Positions 38,996-50,530 of a stretch of 54,546 nucleotides of DNA are shown here, piece by piece; position 1 is the stretch's first letter, and every line of letters starts with the position of its first letter. Origin of the DNA: Octopus bimaculoides (taxonomy: Eukaryota); assembly GCF_001194135.2 (NCBI RefSeq), contig NC_068982.1, positions 169,245,501-169,300,046 on the forward strand, read 5' to 3'. The notes beneath the pieces were generated by a model, which was not told the origin of the DNA, ran no database searches, and saw nothing but the letters and a program-made list of their open reading frames with translations. A program made the translations under genes and the position numbers.

Positions 38996-41699
38996 TTCCT
39001 GTGTACATACTTTTATAAAACAAGTAACAAGATAAACTATCTCATTCTGTATTAAAGAGTAAGAAAATTCAAGATTGATGAACACATTTAAATTTTAATA
39101 TTAAACAAATAAAAAAAGATCAAAAATTACAAAGTTTAATTGATGTTTTAACTATTAACCCACATCATTGTATGTACAATTATATCGCCAATAAATAAAC
39201 AGAACAATGTTCAATAAACATACAATTAGGAATCATCTATACATAATTCGCAGGATAATATTTAGAAAGCAGTGCAAGGAATTTAAATCACTGCATATAT
39301 AATATCTGTTACTTAATATTACAAGTAAAGCTTGGTGTCTTTGTCGAGCATGACATAAGTATGTTATATAAGAAAAGTGAAACAGAAGGAGAGAGATCAA
39401 CTTGCTGAGACAAGTGACAGATTCCACTAAATGCCTTGTGGTTAGCTGATTTAAGGTTGAATTTGCCAGCTTTATAGCTGTTGGCCATCCTTCTAGAATC
39501 TTCAGCCCAACTGTTTGGTGGGAAAACCTCACACACTTCCTTGTAGTTTGCTACTTCAACCACAATAAGTCAGCCAAAGATAATTGATTGAGCTATATTC
39601 TTGTAGACATTTCCAGCTTTTATGGTGACATTCATCCTTTTATGAAAATACATTAGTTTGTGGTTCTAGACAGGGAAAAATCTGGGAGCTATAGTTCAAA
39701 TCTCAGTAGGATCTTGCTCCAGACTAATTGATGCACCTGGCATGAGTTTTCAGGTAAAAAAAAAGTAGAAAAACCTGATACCACCCAAGAGAAGCAGCAT
39801 GATATATTGACTGCACAATGCAAATTTTAGAGTAGAATTGAAAATGCATAGCTGAATCAATAAAAACAAGCTGATGAATGCTAGAACTGCTGACCAAAAC
39901 CTGTCATCTGTATCAGATGTACCGGAGAAGATCTAAGTAAAAATGAAGGGCTATTTAACAGAAGCAAGGACTAAAAATGGTTTGGATGATCATGGCTAGA
40001 ACAACTTCTGTAATAGGTATTCTTGACTTGGAATTAAATTCCTATACCTTCACATGATACAAAATATACATTATATAAATAAATAAATAAATAAAACTAT
40101 ATAGACAGCTCGTTACTGAAAAAAAAAAAAAAATCAAACAATAACCTGTCAAATGCTAAAGTTATTTACAACTGAACAAACTATGTAAACACAACCTTTG
40201 GTTTTAAATAAACTATTCTGATAGTGTATCAAGTAGATATGAAAATTATAGACAAAGAGATACCTTAATATATTAATTAGAGGGATTTAACTGTAACATA
40301 AGAAACTGAAGAGATGGAAGGTCAACCGAAGTTCATTGTCATTTAACATCTACATGCCCATGTTTGCATGAGCTGAATGAAGTTTATTTGAGGCAGATTT
40401 TCCATGGTTGGATGCCTGTCCTGTTACCAACCCTTCCAAGTAAGGTAATATTTTCACATGACCAGACATGTTCTTACAGAATATTGGAAATTAATGGCAC
40501 TGCTTGTATGACAATGATACTGATAACCATCATGCAATGTCAAGACAAGGAGACAAAAACACATGCATATATATTTACACACACACACACACACACGTGA
40601 CAGGCTTCTTTTGGTTTCCATCTGTCAAATTCACTCAAGGCCTTGGTTGGCCTGGGGCTATAGTAAAAAAATATTTGTCCAAAGTACCATGCAGTTGGAC
40701 TGAACCCAGAACCATGTGGAAACAAACTTCTTACCACACAGCCAGGCCTGTGCCAGCCCTGGGAAAGAATTTCACTTAAAAAGTACAAAACCTCCCAAAA
40801 TATCCTAAAACAAGTAACCCTGCTTGTATAATTTAAACTTCCACATCTGCCATAGTTACATGAATAAATATGTTTCTTAGAGGGGCAGAAGGCCATGGAT
40901 TCGGTGGGTCGGGATGATACAACCAGTTGAAACAGCCCTAGTACTTGACTAGTGATTTATTTCAGAGACCCAAAAAAACAAAACTGACACCAGCAGGATT
41001 TGAACTCAGAATGTAAATGAGCTGTAACTAAATGGTATGTCATTTTGTCCAAAACTGATGAGTTAGCCAATCCACTGCTCTTGGTTACAAAAATACATTA
41101 AACACACCAAACAATGTCATTCCACATTACAGACACACCCACAAGCCGGTTCTTTTTCATAGTCTGTATATGTGTAGGCTACACCTAGTTTCACAGTTGA
41201 AAAACTGAACAAAAGCAACATGATTAGTGCTGAGCAGAATTTTAATGTTGGTCAGTTTATTGTGGCTTTTATTACATACTAACAATAAACTAGTGGTAGA
41301 GATGAATGTTGTAAACTAGCGTTACAGATAAGAGCAGAATATAGTAGGCAACTGTTTCTCCTGGTATGCTTACAACACTCACTCAAACTCAAGTCTTTAA
41401 TAGTCAACTAGTTTCAGGTTACTGACAGTAGCTTAGTTTGTTCATTATGGTCTACGTTAACTAGAACAGACAGGGGAGGAGAGGGAATAAAGATAGCAAG
41501 CAGAGAATGAGAGAGAGGGAGATGAGAGAGAGGAGGAAGGAAGGGAAAAGAAGAGTGTAAGAGGGAGGAAAGAAGGAAGTCAGTGAGAAAGAGAAAGGTA
41601 ATGAAGGCCTATCAGAATAAAATTGACACATGGAGGGAGGTTTAGTTAAAACTAATGACGTCCATTTATGTTATGAAACTGCTAATAATCCCGATTTGG

Positions 41700-43560
41700 A
41701 GAAAGCACACAAAGTTTGACATCCACATATCCCTGCGGAGAAAACTCCCTCAACTGCTGCCCACATTGCTTCCAATTCCACACACTAGGGTAAATCTCCA
41801 AAATTATACCTTTCCCTTCTATCAGATTCACCACCATGTACACATACTTGTCAACTGCAAAATAATCCCTTTAGTTGCTTCAATCTAACAAGGAAACCAG
41901 CCTTGACAATATCCCTTCCATTACCTTCAGGCAATGCACTCCGGAGGCAATCCCTACTGTCCCCACCAAACTTTTAAATCTCTCTCTCTCCCCAAAGATA
42001 TATATCAATCATTAAGAATGCACCTCAGTGTGTCCTATCTCTAGGAAGGGCAATGGGTAACCTCTGATTTTGCCAACTATCATCCTCTTGCACTCATTCT
42101 AATACCCTAAGGGTGACAGGGAACAGCTATCAACCTTCTCCAATACCTTGAATTTTTTTCCCTTAATGACCACTAGCTGTAGCTTTCATAAACCTCAAAT
42201 CTGTCACTCATCAAGAAATTTAGTTGCAAGCAGTGTCGTTGTTCTCAACATCAGCCAAGTTTGCAACCATGTCTGACATACAAATCTCCCCACCTCGGGT
42301 TCCAATCATCTTTCATATCAGTGACTTTTTATCAAATTGTGGTGTGCTGATGGAACTTGCTGACCCACACTGGTATGCCTCAGGGTACAGCTTTACCTTT
42401 CACATTCTTTTCCCTATAAATTAATATCCAACATAGCATCATTTTCAATAGTGCTCTGTCTAATCTTATGCAAGTCTAATCTTACATCCTCACCTTCCAA
42501 ATCCTGTGGAGGCGCAATGGCCCAGTGGTCAGGGCAGCGGACTCGCGGTCATAGGATCACGGTTTCGATTCCCAGACCAGGCGTTGTGAGTGTTTATTGA
42601 GCGAAAACACCTAAAGCTCCATGAGGCTCCAACAGGGGATGGTAGCGAACCCTGCTGTACTCTTTCACCACAACTTTCTCTCTCTTACTTCCTGTTTCTG
42701 TTGTGCCTGTAATTCAAAGGGTCAGCTTTGTCACACTGTCATGCTGAATATCCCCGAGAACTACGTTAAGGGTACAAGTGTCTGGAGTGCTCAGCCACTT
42801 GCACGTTAATTTCACGAGCAGGCTGTTCCGTTGATCAGATCAACTGGAACCCTCGACGTCGTAAGCGACAGAGTGCCAACAACCTTCCACATCCAAGTGT
42901 TATTTACATACAACCAAGACATCTCACCCTAAATCTGCCCTGACTCAACGAACAGAGATCACTATCAGTCTCCAAAATATCAAATGAAGTCATGCCAATT
43001 TTATCAATAGCCAAAAACATATAGAAATCATTATCACACCTTACCCCTCTTAAATTTGAACAGTATGCAACTGGAACCCGCATTATCCCTTCAAATGCTA
43101 AACCTCACCATTATGGAAGATCTCTTTGTATCAAACACATCCTCAACATAGCAAAGATGGCCTCTCAAAGACTGGTTTTTCTTCAACAATTACTATCCCA
43201 ATACAAAGTTCAGGTCACACCTACAATATTCTTCTTACATTTGGGACAGTGGTGTTGCTATACATAGAGACATTCTAAACTGCATTCAGAGAAAGGTGAC
43301 CTGACTGATTTGCATGAAGTCACTAAGACACACCCTGGCTCACAAATGTGATGTCTCTTCTTTACCTTTTCTACTGCTACCTCAGCAGGTTTTCCTCTTC
43401 AGATGACCCTAGATTTGTGCTTAGGTACTCCAAACTCACTTTATCTCTCCAACTCTTCATCTACACATCTACATTGGTTTCTTGTCCAAACCTGTACAGA
43501 CCACTATCTTCAAAAAGTTAGCTCTTGGGAATTCATGTTCTGCACATGTTGCAACAGTTT
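41700..43560 (+). pseudogene. CR1/Jockey-group LINE reverse transcriptase fossil
   Basis: Frameshifted motifs: LDNIPSITFRQCTPE, SVCPISRKGN, DFANYHPLAL, VVLNISQVCNHV*H, TGMPQGTAL (42369-42395), KHILNIAKMASQRLVFL, IWDSG...CIQRK and TLAHKCDVSSL. Confidence 0.85.
42505..42881 (+). mobile_element. Young tRNA-derived SINE inserted in the LINE fossil, with a 13-bp TSD
   Basis: A box TGGCCCAGTGG at 42518-42528 and a B-box-like gtttcgattcc at 42562-42572. TSD is accttccaaatcc (42492-42504) / accttccacatcc (42882-42894). Many CpGs are intact. Confidence 0.9.
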
Positions 43561-44283
43561 CAATTTTGCTATCCAAATAAGGCAGCAATAGGATACCGAC
43601 ATCATTTTTTAAGACCCTAGTCAGCCCTGGTATTGCAGATGTATAACAAAAAGCATTCCAATTTTGACTATATGTTCTTTTTTTAAAAAAGAATCAGTGT
43701 TTTTAGGACAACATTGTACACTGTGTCCTTACATTTTTCTTTTTCAGTATAGTAGGCTACAATTTGAGGGAAACTCAGTCCCAAAGCAAAATGAAGCAGA
43801 AATGTTTCAAATAATTGTGGGCAATGTCAAAAGCCATTTGGATGCTTTTCAAGGATGGTGATGTTTAATGCTGTTGATGTTTAATTTGCCCTTTTCCAGG
43901 CAGATGTTTGTAAATGAGGGGATTGGGGGACAAAATGAGAGTTTCTGATTGTTGCACTTCTAGGAAGGATGAATTGGGCAAAGCATTAAGAATATAGACA
44001 GAGACAAATAAAGGATGACAAGAGGAAAACAAGTAGGAGCTTGAGCATTGCCAGTTTAGAGAAAACAGTTGTAATTATAAAATAGTCATGAAAGAAACAA
44101 GGTATCAGTAAGTTAGTGACCATAGCATGTTTGTGAGTAAATCTTTGTCAACTGATGGCCTTTCTTTGGAGACAACCATATGGGATGGAGTACTGCTGTT
44201 CCAGTTATGTAAGCAATACATTAAGGTACACTTTCACCAAAAAGAGGGTCACCTCAGATCAGATCTAAAGTATTTTGTTGACA

Positions 44284-44418
44284 CAGGGGTGGAGTGAGAG
44301 TATTAAGGGCTTTCAGGCATAACTGTTTACCAAGTCTCTTAGCATTGATATCAGTAGAGTTAACATGTAGAGTACGGGCCCCTCAGAGCTCAGGGCCCTC
44401 GGGCAGTGTCCGCCCCTG
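44284..44418. mobile_element. 135-bp hAT-type MITE
   Basis: TIR caggggtgga / tccgcccctg; 8-bp TSD tgttgaca (44276-44283) / tgtcgaca (44419-44426). Confidence 0.75.
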
Positions 44419-44490
44419 TGTCGACATATAAAGGAAGCCTCAGTGAGGCAGTGGGAGGATGGCTGGACGTATGTGTGTGGATAGATAGAG

Positions 44491-44523
<33 letters not shown>

Positions 44524-45557
44524 AGTCATAGAATGTCATGAACGATTATGAAGCCTAGCAGTTAAGTTCGTGGCTAAATGTTTTCGAGTTCAAATCTTGC
44601 TGAGATCAGCCTCTTTGCACTTTCGTTCTTTCAGAAATCAATACTAGTAGGCATGAAAATGAACTTTTTTCCACACATCATGTTCGTTTAGAAAGAATAA
44701 GCGAAATGACAATTAAACTACCCTGACATGTTAAGTCAAGCAGTAAGTATTTATGATATAACCACAATAGTTGCTGTAGTTAAACTTTCCGCCTTCCACC
44801 GGATGCACACCCACACAAAACCAAAAGAATTTATGAACTGTATAGCGGGTAATGGAAACGGGGCGTACAGACTAAAATAGAATTTTTAAAAATTAGCAAT
44901 TGTAGACAAAGAAAAAAAAATGAAACATTAAAATCTTTAGATAGTTGAAAAATATATGTGTTTATGAGTGAGAGAGAAAGAGAGAGAGAAAGAGAGAAAA
45001 AGAGAGGAGACAGACAGAGCGGTACAGTGAGCATACGACTGGGTAAACTGACTTCAAATGTTCCAATTTCGTTATAAATAATCTGCATCCAAAAGAAAGA
45101 TTTTAGAAAATCCAGAAAGGTATATAAAAAGATGTATTAGAATTAAAAGCCTGGGAAGGTATGAAAGAAAACGCGTGTGTTGCAGTGTTGTTAGGGCGTG
45201 GTCACACTGATTACACTTAAGATGGTGATGGTGGCACGTTCCAGATGCACTTATATCACTAAGGCACCTGCAAGGAAAAAGAGCATAACTATGCCGGAAA
45301 AAGATATCAATCAACAGCTACCCTCCACAATTCTCTTAGTCTCTCTATAAATTTTAAGGTCCTTATATACTCACAGTGGCTCTCACACACACACACATTT
45401 GTAAATAATCTCAGAAATGATTATATATATCCAACTGAGATTATATAACCGCTTAGGCAAAAAAATGACAATTAAAGAGCTGGATGGAAAATGTTTGATA
45501 ACGCTAAATTCCTCAGTGGAATTGTCAGGCGTTCTAGCAGACTATGGTGAAACCTAC

Positions 45558-45613
45558 CTCGTTCCATTCAGGGGTTTCGGTATCTTTAATCTCCTTGGTT
45601 TTCTTTTCAGTCC
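45558..45613 (-). CDS. MYOF/DYSF-like: Ferlin second coding exon (C2A, 56 nt)
   Basis: ccattgcag|GG ACT GAA AAG AAA ACC AAG GAG ATT AAA GAT ACC GAA ACC CCT GAA TGG AAC GAG|gtaggt gives (G)TEKKTKEIKDTETPEWNE. The 56-nt length and phase 1->0 match vertebrate DYSF/MYOF exon 2 as I recall it (KKRTKVIKNSVNPVWNE). The exon is too short to appear in the ORF track. Confidence 0.9.
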
Positions 45614-46278
45614 CTGCAATGGAATCAATTAATTGGATTATAATAAAATTTCTTGGTTATTTTACTATATTTTTCTTTAAACAACATCCTCCGCACACTA
45701 CCCACCTCCACAAAAACAGGAGCTTTAAGTTACGGAAAGCACATATACAGAAACAAAATAAAATTAGACTGTTTGTGTTGGTAGGGCCCCGAGTTGCTGT
45801 GCAAGTTGAACAGTAAGAGACCAGTGATTGAAATTACAACTTTTATAGAAAGAACTTAATTAGAATGCTTAGGTCTAGTGACCGGCAAAATTCACTTAAG
45901 GACCATGCTGTTCCGTTAACAAAACAGTCGAGTTCATCTGATCAAATACAAAACAAAATTATTGGAAAAATCAAATGTCTCTCGTAGAATAGCGATATTT
46001 ATTTTATCTATCGCAGACAGATAGTAACCCTCGTGAGCTTCGAACTTGGAGCGTCAACTTTAAAGCAATTAACTCGGTACGCCACCCTTTGACATCTCAT
46101 TACCATTTTGGCGACACAAAATGTTTAATTCATATTATGTTGAATTAAACTTACAAATGCTGGAAGAATTAAGGGGAGGGCTTATTTCAGTCTCACGGTT
46201 TTTTCCGATGTATATTATGCAATGCTATCCTGATAAAGTAAGACTTTCATACGGACCGTAACCATAATTTAGGCGAAA

Positions 46279-46357
46279 GTAAAGAATACGTACACCTGGT
46301 GTTTAGGGTTAAGGTTTTTGTTAAGCCAAAAAACGGGTGGTGTACGTATCTTTTTAC
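46279..46357. repeat. Small palindrome with a TTAGGG-like core
   Basis: gtaaagaatacgtacacc / ggtgtacgtatctttttac surround tttagggttaaggtt. Confidence 0.6.
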
Positions 46358-46977
46358 CTCCACCCATAATCTATGTGTAACAGATTCTTTAAATGTTTCG
46401 AAGGATAATTCTAATAATTATACAATCTTTATTTTAAAAAAATATATCGCATTAGTAAACATATAACACACACCAGAAAGAATGGTTCAACAAAATCGCA
46501 GAAAACTAGAAATTGTTGAAGTTTTATATAAATGAAAGTTATATACAGCAATGTCTACGGAAGTTTTTAAATATATATATATATGTACATATGTAATATG
46601 CACACAAGTGTTCTAAGAGGTAGTATGAATGGGGCAAAGATTTATTTATATATCTTTACAGCTGATTTTGTTGAGTTTAGAATTAGGTAAGTCATGATAT
46701 AAGGAAACTGCCTGACCAAATATTTCTACAATAAAACAAAGTAATAACTTATAACACATTTTTATTTAGAAATGCCCAGAGAAATGTCATGTCAATTTTT
46801 TTTTCTGTAGTTCACTAACATTAACAGGAGCAACAATATATCCAACAAAATGCACATGTGTGTGTGTGTGTGTGCATATATGTATCTGCATGTCTGTGCA
46901 TATAGGTGTATGTATGTGCATATAGGTGTATGTATGTGCATGTATGTATGTGTATAATAAGCACGTTTTTTTAATAC

Positions 46978-47074
46978 CTTGGAATTTCACGTAACACATA
47001 GGGTCCAACTTGAAGAAAGTTTCCACACTGGGAAGTTTGTCAGCGCTGATTACAGTCACTTTGAGTGTCGTCAT
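46978..47074 (-). CDS. MYOF/DYSF-like: Ferlin (dysferlin/myoferlin-like) first coding exon, start of the C2A domain
   Basis: Reads ATG ACG ACA CTC AAA GTG... = MTTLKVTVISADKLPSVETFFKLDPMCYVKFQ+G, then a gtatt donor (phase 1, 97 nt). It matches the remembered myoferlin N-terminus MLRVIVESASNIP...KPDPIVSVIFK, and the phase-1 intron after the F-x motif is in the same place as in DYSF/MYOF. Confidence 0.88.
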
Positions 47075-47287
47075 CCTGAAGGTCTTTTTTTGGTAGAATC
47101 AAATGCCTTGTGTATGTATTTATATATCTATCAAAATATCTTTCCACATAAACTATACACACTTATATACATACATCTATACACAACATACACGAGTGGA
47201 TGTTTGTATATATTTATATGTACATAGATATTTTATCTTCTAGTTTCAACAATCGATGTCAAGACACATGCAATACTCCATCCTTAC

Positions 47288-47328
47288 ACCTCCAACCGAG
47301 TCAACCCAATAACTCCAAGTCCGAACGC
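47288..47328 (-). other. Candidate upstream (5'UTR or N-terminal extension) exon of the ferlin gene
   Basis: Very strong acceptor ctttttttgttgtctctttctgtcatattctgtttgtag| and donor GGT|gtaagg around a 41-nt exon. There is also a weak cag|G acceptor one base before the ATG, at 47075. Confidence 0.45.
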
Positions 47329-48163
47329 CTACAAACAGAATATGACAGAAAGAGACAACAAAAAAAGTCCTTATGGCTTTTGCTCTTTTATATTATTTTT
47401 GTTTTGTCGTGGTTGGTTAGTTTTTTTTTCTTGCTATTCATGTGTGCGTATGTGTGCGTGACAGATTATATANNNNNNNNNNNNNNNNNNNNNNNNNNNN
47501 NNNNNNNNNNNNNNNNNNNNNNNNNNNNNNNNNNNNNNNNNNNNNNNNNNNNNNNNNNNNNNNNNNNNNNNNNNNNNNNNNNNNNNNNNNNNNNNNNNNN
47601 NNNNNNNNNNNNNNNNNNNNNNNNNNNNNNNNNNNNNNNNNNNNNNNNNNNNNNNNNNNNNNNNNNNNNNNNNNNNNNNNNNNNNNNNNNNNNNNNNNNN
47701 NNNNNNNNNNNNNNNNNNNNNNNNNATATATATATATATATATAGATATATGCTTGCGCGAATACAGACGTGTGTTTGTGTGAAGGCGTGTTTGCAGAGA
47801 GAGTTTGTATCTATGAATCTATGACTGAAGGAGTACTTGTTTATGTTTATAGGTTCCTCTCTATCCCCAAATACGCGTATATGTATATATATATATATAT
47901 AAATACTCACACACACATATATATGTGTGTGTATCTATATACTGAGGTCTTAATGTGTAGGTAGTTGCCCGGAGGCGTCACGAGTCCAGGGGTCCACTGC
48001 TGTTATGTGCATGCTTGCTTTCAATAACTATTGAACCAAATACATTTATTTGCCAGGAGGGGGTCATAATGCTGCTAAGATGACCCCTATACACACACAC
48101 ACACACACACATATATAGCTGTGCACGTGTCTGTGTTTTTTTTTTTCAGTGAGTTATTTATTC

Positions 48164-48300
48164 AGTACTACTTAAATACAGAGGTCCCGACGCATCTACG
48201 TAACCCTAACACTAACTAACTAACCCTTACTGCTAACGAATGTGCAGTGTACAAACATCTTTACGTAGATGCACCGGGACCTCTGTATTTAAGTAGTACC
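48164..48300. mobile_element. MITE with 39-bp TIRs and a CCCTAA-like core
   Basis: 48165-48203 matches 48261-48299 at 37/39 as a reverse complement. The core is ccctaacactaactaactaaccctta, and the flanks carry the direct repeat atttatt. Confidence 0.85.
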
Positions 48301-48539
48301 ATTTATTGATTGCTATCTGCATAAGTATTACTGGAAGTGTGAAATGAAAGAGTGAAAGAACTTGTAATATAAAAAGTTGCAATTTTATAGAATATTACAC
48401 AATTAACAGAAAAGAGAGTGAGGAAGAATGGTAGCAAATCTAGGCTAAGGAGCCGCCTGTCTGTGAGGCAAGCACACCACACGTTTTATGGTGGCGGAAT
48501 TCTACCGGTAAGATGGAGATGACTTGCTTACTTTTCTTG

Positions 48540-49790
48540 GGTAGCTGAGAATGAAAGAGAACTAGAGAGATAAATATATAGGGAGAGAGGGGAAGAAAAG
48601 TTTAGAAAGGGAAATAGAGAAGGAGTTTGAGAGGGAAAGAGTACGTGAAATAGTGAGGGAAGTGAAGAAGTAAAAGAAGTCGTACTAAAAGTTAAAGTCG
48701 AAGGAGCAGTGGGAGATAGCAAGAAAAAAAGAGATAGAGGGGGAAGGATATGTCGGTGAATAAAAATAGATTATGTGTGTATGAGAGAGAAAGAGAGAGA
48801 GCGTTTCTAATATAGGCACAAGGCCCCTCCCTGTTCGTTTTAGCTAAACTTTTCTGACATTACTCTCTTTTTAATATATACATATATCCTTTCATTGCAC
48901 ATGCGTGCGCACTCATACACATATTTGACGAAGAGAGAGAGAGAAGAGGGTAATGGAAGAAAAGTCTGGTAGAAAACAGGAAAGATCGGTGTATTGTGAG
49001 AGACGCAGCGAAATAAGAGGCAAAAAAGAATGAAAAGTCTGAGAGAGACAGAGAGAGAGAGAGAAGGGAGAGAAAGAGAGAGACAGACAGAGGGGGGGGG
49101 AATTATGACAGGGAATAGAAAATAAAAGGCAAAAGATGAGAGAAAACCAGGGGTTTTGTTTGCAAATCCAGTGCAAAAGAGGAAAACAGGAATAAATGGA
49201 GGAAAGTGGGGAAATATCGATAGAGGAACAAACCAGACTAAGCGGGGTGGGGTACGGAGTAATGAAAGAAAAGTGCGACTAGATGGGGAAATAGAGAGGA
49301 GATTGAATGAGTGAATAAAAAGCGGTGGACGGGCGAGAAATGCGAGAGAAGGGAGAACAGAGAGGAAAATAGAGCGAGACAAATGAAAACAGAAGAATGT
49401 GAATGAAGGAAAAGGGGTAAAAAAAAAGAAAACATCAAAGAACAGACGTAGGAACAAAAAAAACGACAGCGGAAAGTTAGTCAGGTGGGGAAAATGGCTT
49501 GAATGAAAGAGAGATAGGGCAGACATTTGTGGTGAGAGGGGAGTAGTTGGAGAAGGTCGAAGTGAGGGGGGAAGGGTGCTAGAGAGAAAAAAGTCAAGTC
49601 GACAAGAGAACGAAACATTAAATGAGAGAGATAATGAAAGCTAAGCGGGATTTAGCGGTGATAGAAACAAAAAGAAGGAAGAGAAGCTTGGTACGAAGAT
49701 CACCGAGTAAAGGAAAGAAATAAAAAAAAAGCTAGGCAGTAGTGAAAGAGAGAAAGAAATATGTATGAGAGAGAGAGAGAGAGAGAGAGA
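48540..49790. repeat. About 1.2-kb purine-rich (plus strand) low-complexity tract upstream of ferlin exon 1
   Basis: Almost continuously A/G-rich, with scattered CpG. Confidence 0.85.
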
Positions 49791-50087
49791 GAGGTGGTAG
49801 GCTGAGAATAGAACCAAAGGCTGAGGGAGGAGGAACCAAAAATCTTTTTGATTTTGATTTTGGCGTTTTGGTGTTTTGTCGTCTGCTATTATGACTGAAA
49901 CAGTTATATGACATAAGATCTATGGAGGCTTATGAGGATCAGTGCCAGCAAATGAACCCGAGAGAGACCTCACAGTGGTAATTTGGATTGGTACAAATAA
50001 CAACCAAGTCTGCCTCAAATTACACTCTTCTATCTTTAAAGATGAAGGGGACATTGGATAATGTGACCCCTGGATACTTTCTTCTTT

Positions 50088-50530
50088 ATCCTTTCAGCAT
50101 TTAAATTAGTTATATCAGGCTTAAATATTCTGCTTATTTTATATTCAAACTGACCAGATCCTACGTCGTGCATTTAGCTTACTATATCGTTTTAAAAATA
50201 AACAAAATAAACAATCATACCATCGAAATTTCGGAGCCACGAAGTTATGCATGATTAATTAAAAACAATTAATTAAAAACAGTCTGAATAAGCATTACAT
50301 CTGACAGTAATCTGAATGCTAAAGAGTGAATACCAACCCACCCGAGACTGCCTGTTCTTTGATACAAACTTCCCGTTTGAAAGTGATTTAAATTTAAACC
50401 TTCCGTTAAAATTTCATGTTAATTTAAGTTCCAAACACCAGATTAATGATAACAAAGTTATTTACTAAATTCTTCATTTTTGTTTAAATTACCTGAAATA
50501 AATGCAAAAATATCGTAACAAATGAGTTAA
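50088..50530. mobile_element. Two adjacent TTAA-type MITEs (about 50088-50330 and 50331-50530)
   Basis: The first matches 26820-27147. The second resembles 29085-29342 and ends gtaacaaatgagttaa. Confidence 0.6.

Noticed and set aside
42505-42580. tRNA gene (also SINE heads at 25981 and 34107)
   Set aside because: It has A/B boxes but no convincing cloverleaf, and it continues into a SINE body with a TSD.
45100-45266. Strong acceptor ctttttccttgcag| close to exon 2
   Set aside because: The frame required after exon 2 stops at the third codon (GTG CCT TAG) and no good donor follows.
46787-46977. 3' part of the 95-aa ORF 46787-47074
   Set aside because: C2 similarity stops at the gtatt donor (46977). 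The rest is intron and microsatellite read-through.
48840-49526. 228-aa Phe/Leu/Ser-rich ORF resembling a membrane protein
   Set aside because: It is the translation of the pyrimidine-rich strand of a low-complexity tract.
50488-50500. AG|GT recursive-type site (ttatttcag|gtaatt, minus)
   Set aside because: It lies within a MITE and probably upstream of the transcription unit.
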